A stretch of 64,000 nucleotides of DNA from Acidobacteriota bacterium (GTDB lineage: Bacteria > Acidobacteriota > Vicinamibacteria > Vicinamibacterales > UBA2999). Below, one piece after another: positions 58,525-64,000 of the stretch; positions within the stretch are counted from its first letter, which is position 1, and each line of letters begins with the position of its first letter. The stretch spans positions 67,153 to 131,152 of the forward strand of contig JAEUQR010000005.1 of the NCBI GenBank assembly GCA_016789705.1, in the 5' to 3' direction. The notes under the pieces were generated by a model that ran no database searches, was not told the origin of the DNA, and saw only the letters and a list, made by a program, of their open reading frames with translations. The position numbers and the translations under genes are program-made.

Positions 58525-60224
58525 GCCAGCAGCCCCGTCGTCTCCTGCGCGGCACGATCATCGTGATCGCGGCCGCCGCGGCGCTCGTCGTCTGGCGGGT
58601 GAGCCGGCTGCCGGCGCCCGTGGCGGTGCCGGCTGCCACCACGTCCGCGGACGTGCGTGTGGTCTACCACGTGCACACGACACGGTCGGATGGCACGGGC
58701 ACACCCGACGAGGTGGCGGCTGCGGCGCGTGAGGCCGGTGTGGACGTGGTCATCCTGACCGATCACGGCGATGGCACGCGGGTGCCCGATCCGCCGCGCC
58801 GCGTGAGCGGCGTGCTCGTCATCGACGCCGTCGAAGTCAGCACGTGGGCCGGGCACTACGTGGCGCTGGGCGCCCGGACGGCGCCGTACCCGCTTGGCGG
58901 CCTGCCGGAATCGGTGGTCGAAGACGTGGCGCGCCTCGGGGGGATGGGCGTCGTGGCCCATCCGGGGTCGGCAAAGGACGACCTCAAGTGGCGCGACTGG
59001 GACACGGCGTTTCCGGGCATCGAGTGGCTGAACGCCGACAGCGAGTGGCGCGATCGGCCCGGCCGGCTCTGGGACGCGATCACGACCTACCCGTTCGCCC
59101 CGGTGGCCACGATTGCGGCCCTGCTCGACCGGCCGCAGTTCGAGCTGCGCGCGTGGGACCGTCACGGCGCGCTCCGCCCGGTCGTGGGGCTGGCCGCGCA
59201 CGACGCGCACGCGCGCCTCGGCCTGCGCGGCGTGGGAGAGCCGTACGACGGCGCCGTGGCCCTGCGCGCGCCGGGCTATACGACGATGTTCCGCGCGTTC
59301 TCGAACGTGGTGCCGGTGGACCGCGCGTCCTGGGGCCGCGAGGCCGCTGCCGATGCCGCCACCATCATCGACGCACTGCGGGCCGGACGGGTGTACGCCG
59401 TCATCGGCGCGCGCGGAGACGGACGGCTGGCGGCATTCACGGCGACCTCCGGCGGCACCACCGCGCACATGGGCGGCCATCTCGAGCCGGCCGGGCCCGT
59501 GACCTTCACCGCGGTGTCGAACGCACCGGCCACGGCCGCCACGACGCTCGTGTGCAATGGCCGGTCGGTGTCGACAGCGCGCGGCGGTGCGCTGACGTGG
59601 ACGACGCCAACGCCGCCGGGCGCCTGCCGCCTCGAGGTCACGCTCGATGACGACACGAGCCCGCGGGCGCCGTGGATCGTCTCGAATCCGATCTACGTGC
59701 GCGAGGCTCGTGAGCGCGCCGCGCCACCGAGCGTGCTGCCGCCGCAGTTGAGGGTGCCGTTTGCCGGCAGCGCCGAGGCGGCGCAGTGGGCGGCCGAAAC
59801 ATCACCGGGGTCGACAGCCGTGATGCGGGCGGACGGCAACGTGGCCGGCCGTCTCGTCTACGACTGGCAGCTCGCCGCCGGTGGGCGCGAACAGTTCGCG
59901 GCGCTGCGCATCGACACGCCGGCCGACCTCGCACGCTTCGATCGGATGGTCGTACGGGCGTCGGCCGATCGGCCGATGCGGGTGTGGCTGCAGTTCCGCG
60001 CACCGGCCGATGGCGGGCACCGCTGGGGTACGTCGGTGTACCTCGACGAGACGCCCCGTGAGGTGACCCTGCCGTTCGCGCGGTTCCTGTCGATCGATCG
60101 CCGGGCCGGGACGGCCGTACCCCTCGACACGATCACCGCGCTCCTGCTCGTCGCGGATACGGTGCACGCACGCCCCGGCGAGCGGGGCAGTGTGCGCCTC
60201 GACGCGCTCGGGCTGGCGCGCTGA
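58521..60224 (+). CDS. membrane-anchored PHP-domain metallohydrolase-like protein
   Basis: ATG58521 overlaps the xerD stop (ATGA). TM helix, a PHP motif VVYHVHTTRSDGTG...VVILTDHGD, and a C-terminal beta-rich domain of unknown type. Confidence 0.7.
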   Translation: MSQQPRRLLRGTIIVIAAAAALVVWRVSRLPAPVAVPAATTSADVRVVYHVHTTRSDGTGTPDEVAAAAREAGVDVVILTDHGDGTRVPDPPRRVSGVLVIDAVEVSTWAGHYVALGARTAPYPLGGLPESVVEDVARLGGMGVVAHPGSAKDDLKWRDWDTAFPGIEWLNADSEWRDRPGRLWDAITTYPFAPVATIAALLDRPQFELRAWDRHGALRPVVGLAAHDAHARLGLRGVGEPYDGAVALRAPGYTTMFRAFSNVVPVDRASWGREAAADAATIIDALRAGRVYAVIGARGDGRLAAFTATSGGTTAHMGGHLEPAGPVTFTAVSNAPATAATTLVCNGRSVSTARGGALTWTTPTPPGACRLEVTLDDDTSPRAPWIVSNPIYVREARERAAPPSVLPPQLRVPFAGSAEAAQWAAETSPGSTAVMRADGNVAGRLVYDWQLAAGGREQFAALRIDTPADLARFDRMVVRASADRPMRVWLQFRAPADGGHRWGTSVYLDETPREVTLPFARFLSIDRRAGTAVPLDTITALLLVADTVHARPGERGSVRLDALGLAR

Positions 60225-60228
60225 CGCG

Positions 60229-62529
60229 CTACGTGCGCACGGTCAGCAGCAGGTAGACGGCGCCGGCGCCGAAGAGCAGGTTCGGCGCCCACGCTGCGAG
60301 CAGCGTCGGCATGGCGCCACCGGCCCCGAACGCCGCGAACACGCTGATGAGCGTCCAGTAGGTGAGGGCGAGCACGATGCCGACGCCCACGCCGTACATC
60401 GCGCCTCGGCGGCCGGTGGTGACCGCGAACGGCACGCCGATGAGCGTCATGACCAGCGTCACGAAGGGGAACGCGATCTTGCGGTAGAGCGCCACCTCGT
60501 CTTCGCGGACGTCGTAGCCGCTCGCCCGCAGTTCCTCGACGTAGCGGCGCAGCTGCACGTAGTTCATCTGCGACGGTGGCGGCACCTCGGTGATGAACGT
60601 GTCGGGGGCTTCGAGCGTGAGCGCCTGGGTGTCGAAGGGCGCGTAGGCGGTGACCGTGGCGCCGTCGCCGAAGGCGCGCGTCCAGCCCTTGCGGGCCTGC
60701 CAGGTCGTCGTGGCGGCGTCGGGCGCGACGGCCACGGCCGCATACACGCGCTCCCGCACCACGCCGGAGTCGCCGTCGGCGAAATCGAGCACGGTGAGCC
60801 CGTTCAATTCGCGCTCTTTCGGGTCGTAGAACTGATAGTGATAGAGTCGGCCGTCTTCGCCGGTCAGCCACTTGCGGTTCAGCACGTCGAACGTGCGCGG
60901 CGTCTGGCCGCGGATGATGTAGTTGAGACGCGCGGCGTTCTTGTTCGCCGGGCCGAGGACGAACTCCTCGAGGGCGAAGAGCGCGCCCGAGGCGATGAGC
61001 GCCGAGACCAGCAGCGGCACCGACGTGCGGTAGAGGCTGATGCCGCAGGCGCGCATCACGATGAGCTCGCTCGACTTCGTGAGCGCGCCGATCGTGACGA
61101 CGGCCGCCATCAGCACGGCAAGCGCGATGATGTAGTAGAGGAACTGCGGCGTCGCCCACCAGAAGTACTCGAGGAGCAGCGCCGTCGTGGCCGTGCCCTT
61201 GAAGAGCTTGTCGGAGAGGTCGATGAAGGTCGAGATGTAGAACAGGCTGGCCATGCCGAAGAGGCAGAGCACCAGCACCCGCAGGTACATCACCCCGACG
61301 TACAGGTCGAGCAGCGTGGGCCGCAGCCACGCCAGGTTCGGCACGCGCGACACGAGCGAGCCGCGTGTCGCGTTCCACGCGCCGCTGACGCGGCGGGTGA
61401 GGGCGGCCGGCATGAGCGTGCCGGCCCGCCGCGCCGGCCTCAGGCGGCGCCAGAGGGCCACGATGCCGGCGAGGCCCAGCACGAGATTCGGCAGCCAGCG
61501 GGCGAGCCACGGGTCGAGGTAGCGGCCCTTGGCCATCGACTCGCCGATCCACATCACCGCGTAGTAGGTGAAAATGACGGCGAGGCCGAGGACGAAACTC
61601 GCGAGCTTGCCATCCTTCCGGTCGGTGGCGCCGAGCGCCACCCCGAGCAGGACGAACACGAAGCAGGCGGCGGGAATCGAGAACTTCTTGTGAATCTCGA
61701 GCCACTGGCCGTGCGACGAGTCGCCGCGGCCTTCGAGTTCCGACGCCCGCGTCAGCAGCTCCGCGATCGACATCTCGCGTTCGCCGCGTGCCGGCCCCTG
61801 TCGGGGGAAGACACTCTCGGGATCGAGCGGCACGATCGTCTCGGCGAAGGTGCTGATCTCGTAGCCGTTGGGGTCGCGGTCCGAGGTGCTGTGCCGGCTG
61901 CCGTCGGTGAGCACCATCTGGATGGTGCGCTTCGCGCGGTCCACGAGCATGCGACCGCGTTTCGCCACGTACAGCACCGGGTGCTGCGGCGAGCGTGTGT
62001 CGGCGGCGACGACGCCAGTCCAGCCGCCGGTGTCGGGCACTTCGCGCACGTAGACGACAAAGCCCGGGAAGTCCTCGAAGAAGACGCGCGGCTTGACCTC
62101 GCCCTCGGCGCGGTCGGCCACGAGGCGGGTCGTGATTTCGCGGAACGTCTGGTTGGCGTCGGGGATGGCCCAGATGAGCACCCAGGACGTGGCGGCCCAG
62201 CCGAGGACCCCTGCGACGAGCGCCGGGCGCAGCAGGCGCAGGGGACTGAGGCCGCAGGCCTGCATGGCCACGACCTCGCGGTCGCCCGACAGCCGGCCAA
62301 GGGCCACGAGCAGCCCGACGAGCAGCGCCATGGGAATCGTGAGGCCAAGGGCCTGGGGGACGAGCGTCACCATCACCCGCGCCACGGTCAGCCAGGGCAC
62401 CCCCTTGGCAATCATCGTCTCGGCCTGGGCGATGATGAAGGGGATAATCAGGATGAACGTGAGAACGAGCAACGCCAGCGCGAAGGGCGCCAACACTTCG
62501 CGAATCACGTACCGGTCGAGCGTGCGCAT
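60229..62529 (-). CDS. fused LptF-LptG lipopolysaccharide export permease
   Basis: 766 aa from the internal ATG (MRTLDRYVIREVLAPF). Two YjgP/YjgQ units lie in one frame with no intervening stop: REVVAMQACGLSP in the first half and SELIVMRACGISL in the second. Confidence 0.8.
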   Translation of the reverse strand: MRTLDRYVIREVLAPFALALLVLTFILIIPFIIAQAETMIAKGVPWLTVARVMVTLVPQALGLTIPMALLVGLLVALGRLSGDREVVAMQACGLSPLRLLRPALVAGVLGWAATSWVLIWAIPDANQTFREITTRLVADRAEGEVKPRVFFEDFPGFVVYVREVPDTGGWTGVVAADTRSPQHPVLYVAKRGRMLVDRAKRTIQMVLTDGSRHSTSDRDPNGYEISTFAETIVPLDPESVFPRQGPARGEREMSIAELLTRASELEGRGDSSHGQWLEIHKKFSIPAACFVFVLLGVALGATDRKDGKLASFVLGLAVIFTYYAVMWIGESMAKGRYLDPWLARWLPNLVLGLAGIVALWRRLRPARRAGTLMPAALTRRVSGAWNATRGSLVSRVPNLAWLRPTLLDLYVGVMYLRVLVLCLFGMASLFYISTFIDLSDKLFKGTATTALLLEYFWWATPQFLYYIIALAVLMAAVVTIGALTKSSELIVMRACGISLYRTSVPLLVSALIASGALFALEEFVLGPANKNAARLNYIIRGQTPRTFDVLNRKWLTGEDGRLYHYQFYDPKERELNGLTVLDFADGDSGVVRERVYAAVAVAPDAATTTWQARKGWTRAFGDGATVTAYAPFDTQALTLEAPDTFITEVPPPSQMNYVQLRRYVEELRASGYDVREDEVALYRKIAFPFVTLVMTLIGVPFAVTTGRRGAMYGVGVGIVLALTYWTLISVFAAFGAGGAMPTLLAAWAPNLLFGAGAVYLLLTVRT

Positions 62530-62557
62530 GCGCGGCTGACCCGATTGTACCAGCAGC

Positions 62558-64000
62558 ATGCCGTCACCTCCCGTCAGGCTCGCGCTTCTCTGGCACATGC
62601 ACCAGCCGTACTACCTCGACCCGGAGACGGGCGAGTCGGTGCTGCCCTGGGTGCGGCTGCACGCGCTCAAGGACTACTGGGGCATGGTGGCGCTCGTCGA
62701 TGAGTGCCCCGGCATGCGGGCTACGTTCAACCTCGTGCCGTCACTGGTCGAGCAGGTCGAGGCCTACGCGCACGAACGGACGTGGGACCGCCAGCTGGTG
62801 CTCGGGTTGCGCGAGGCCGCCACCCTCGACCGCGCCGAGGCCGAGTGGTTCATCCGCGAAGGGTTCCACGCGCATCCGCCGACAATGGTCGACCCGTATC
62901 CGCGGTATGCCGAACTCTCGCGGCTGCAGGCGGGGGAGCGGCCGTTCGATCTTGCCGCGCTGCGTGATCTGCAGGTCTGGCAGAAGCTGGCCTGGGTCGA
63001 CCCCGATATTGCCGCCACCGATGCGCGGGTGCAGCGCCTGCGCGCCAAGGGCCGCGACTTCGACGAACACGACAAACTCACCCTGCGGGCCGTCGAACTC
63101 GAGGTGCTGCGCCGCATCGTGCCGGCCTACCGCCGCGCTGCGGCGCGGGGGCAGGTGGAGCTCTCGTGCTCGCCGTACTTCCACCCGATCCTGCCGCTGC
63201 TCTGTGACTCCGCCGCGCACCACGACGCGCATCCGGGGGCGCCGCTGCCGGAGCCGCCGTTTGCCTGGCCGGTCGACGCCGACGCGCAGCTCGCCCGCGC
63301 CATTCACGCCCACACGGCGTGGTTCGGCCAGCCGCCGCGCGGCGTGTGGCCCTCGGAAGGCAGTGTCTCGCCGGCAGCCGCCGACGCCATCGCCCGTGCC
63401 GGCTTCCACTGGATGGCCACCGACGAAGACATCCTGAAGCGTTCGCGCGCGCTGGCCGGTCAGGCGACGCCCGACGTCCTCAAGTTCCGCGCGCATGCGT
63501 TCGCGACGGCCCACGGCGACGTGCGGATGCTCTTCCGCGACCACGGCCTGTCAGACGCGATCGGTTTCGTGTACCAGAGCTGGCCGGCGGATGCCGCCGT
63601 GGACGATTTCGTCGGCAAGCTGCACGCGATCGGCGCGCACTGCGCCGCGGTCGACGGACGACCGGCCATCGTGCCGATCATTCTCGACGGCGAAAATGCC
63701 TGGGAACATTACGCCGGCGGTGGCCGGCCGTTCCTGCGGGCGCTCTACCGGCGCCTGGCCGGGACGGCAGACATCGAGCCGGTCACGATGCAGGAGGCGA
63801 CAAGCGGGGAAGTCACACCGCTGACTCGCCTCTTTGCCGGCTCATGGATTCATGCCGACTTCGGCATCTGGATCGGGCACGCCGACGACCGGCGCGCCTG
63901 GGTTCAGCTCGGCCAGGCCCGAACCCGCTTCGAGGCCCATCGTGCCCGTCTTACCGCCGAGGCGGCAGCCGAGGCTCTGGACGCGCTCCAGGCGGCTGAG
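62558..64000 (+). CDS. glycoside hydrolase family 57 protein (5' partial view; runs off window)
   Basis: Not in the ORF track because it has no stop in the window. My own translation from ATG62558 gives MPSPPVRLALLWHMHQPYYLDP...LKDYWGM...FNLVPSLVEQ...SPYFHPILPLL...WPSEGSVS...ILDGENAWEHY, open through 64000 (481 codons). Confidence 0.8.
   Translation, partial: MPSPPVRLALLWHMHQPYYLDPETGESVLPWVRLHALKDYWGMVALVDECPGMRATFNLVPSLVEQVEAYAHERTWDRQLVLGLREAATLDRAEAEWFIREGFHAHPPTMVDPYPRYAELSRLQAGERPFDLAALRDLQVWQKLAWVDPDIAATDARVQRLRAKGRDFDEHDKLTLRAVELEVLRRIVPAYRRAAARGQVELSCSPYFHPILPLLCDSAAHHDAHPGAPLPEPPFAWPVDADAQLARAIHAHTAWFGQPPRGVWPSEGSVSPAAADAIARAGFHWMATDEDILKRSRALAGQATPDVLKFRAHAFATAHGDVRMLFRDHGLSDAIGFVYQSWPADAAVDDFVGKLHAIGAHCAAVDGRPAIVPIILDGENAWEHYAGGGRPFLRALYRRLAGTADIEPVTMQEATSGEVTPLTRLFAGSWIHADFGIWIGHADDRRAWVQLGQARTRFEAHRARLTAEAAAEALDALQAAE

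Overview
A 64-kb, roughly 70% GC, densely coding bacterial chromosomal segment. I call about 57 CDS and one structured RNA gene, and many adjacent genes share 1-16 nt start/stop overlaps. The gene content and the Pro/Ala-rich linkers suggest Acidobacteriota or Gemmatimonadota, but that is inference only.

Most of the window is core housekeeping: dtd, dapF, metG, ligA, htrA, gcvT-gcvH-gcvP, nnr, tsaE, guaB, secA, comM, xerD, a fused lptF-lptG, and a GH57 gene that runs off the right edge and is missing from the ORF track.

I found no CRISPR array, transposase, phage genes or tRNA. I saw no compositional island apart from two short lower-GC patches, the rnpB palindrome and the divergent promoter region near 51.41 kb.

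Items worth follow-up:
1. An isolated two-gene microcompartment module at 38.07-40.13 kb. It pairs a PduA-like BMC-H shell protein with a CoA-acylating aldehyde dehydrogenase that carries a 124-aa C-terminal extension. No other BMC parts occur in the window.
2. A type-A RNase P RNA (14413-14967, 555 nt) whose P12 arm is expanded to about 146 nt and is capped by a perfect 32-bp palindrome.
3. A hybrid type IV filament / T2SS-like operon (40.2-52.4 kb). Its secretin has a lipobox, TPR repeats and a C-terminal cohesin-like module, and the cluster includes an atypical pseudopilin with a GNPF-repeat tail.
4. A two-gene operon encoding a signal-peptide-bearing PI3K/PI4K-like protein and a PPP-family phosphoesterase (17.17-19.22 kb).
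5. A comEA / GspH-like / PilZ / sigma-54 activator group (19.6-22.4 kb) containing a 17-bp nested palindrome.

All family assignments come from reading motifs in the translations. No database search was run.
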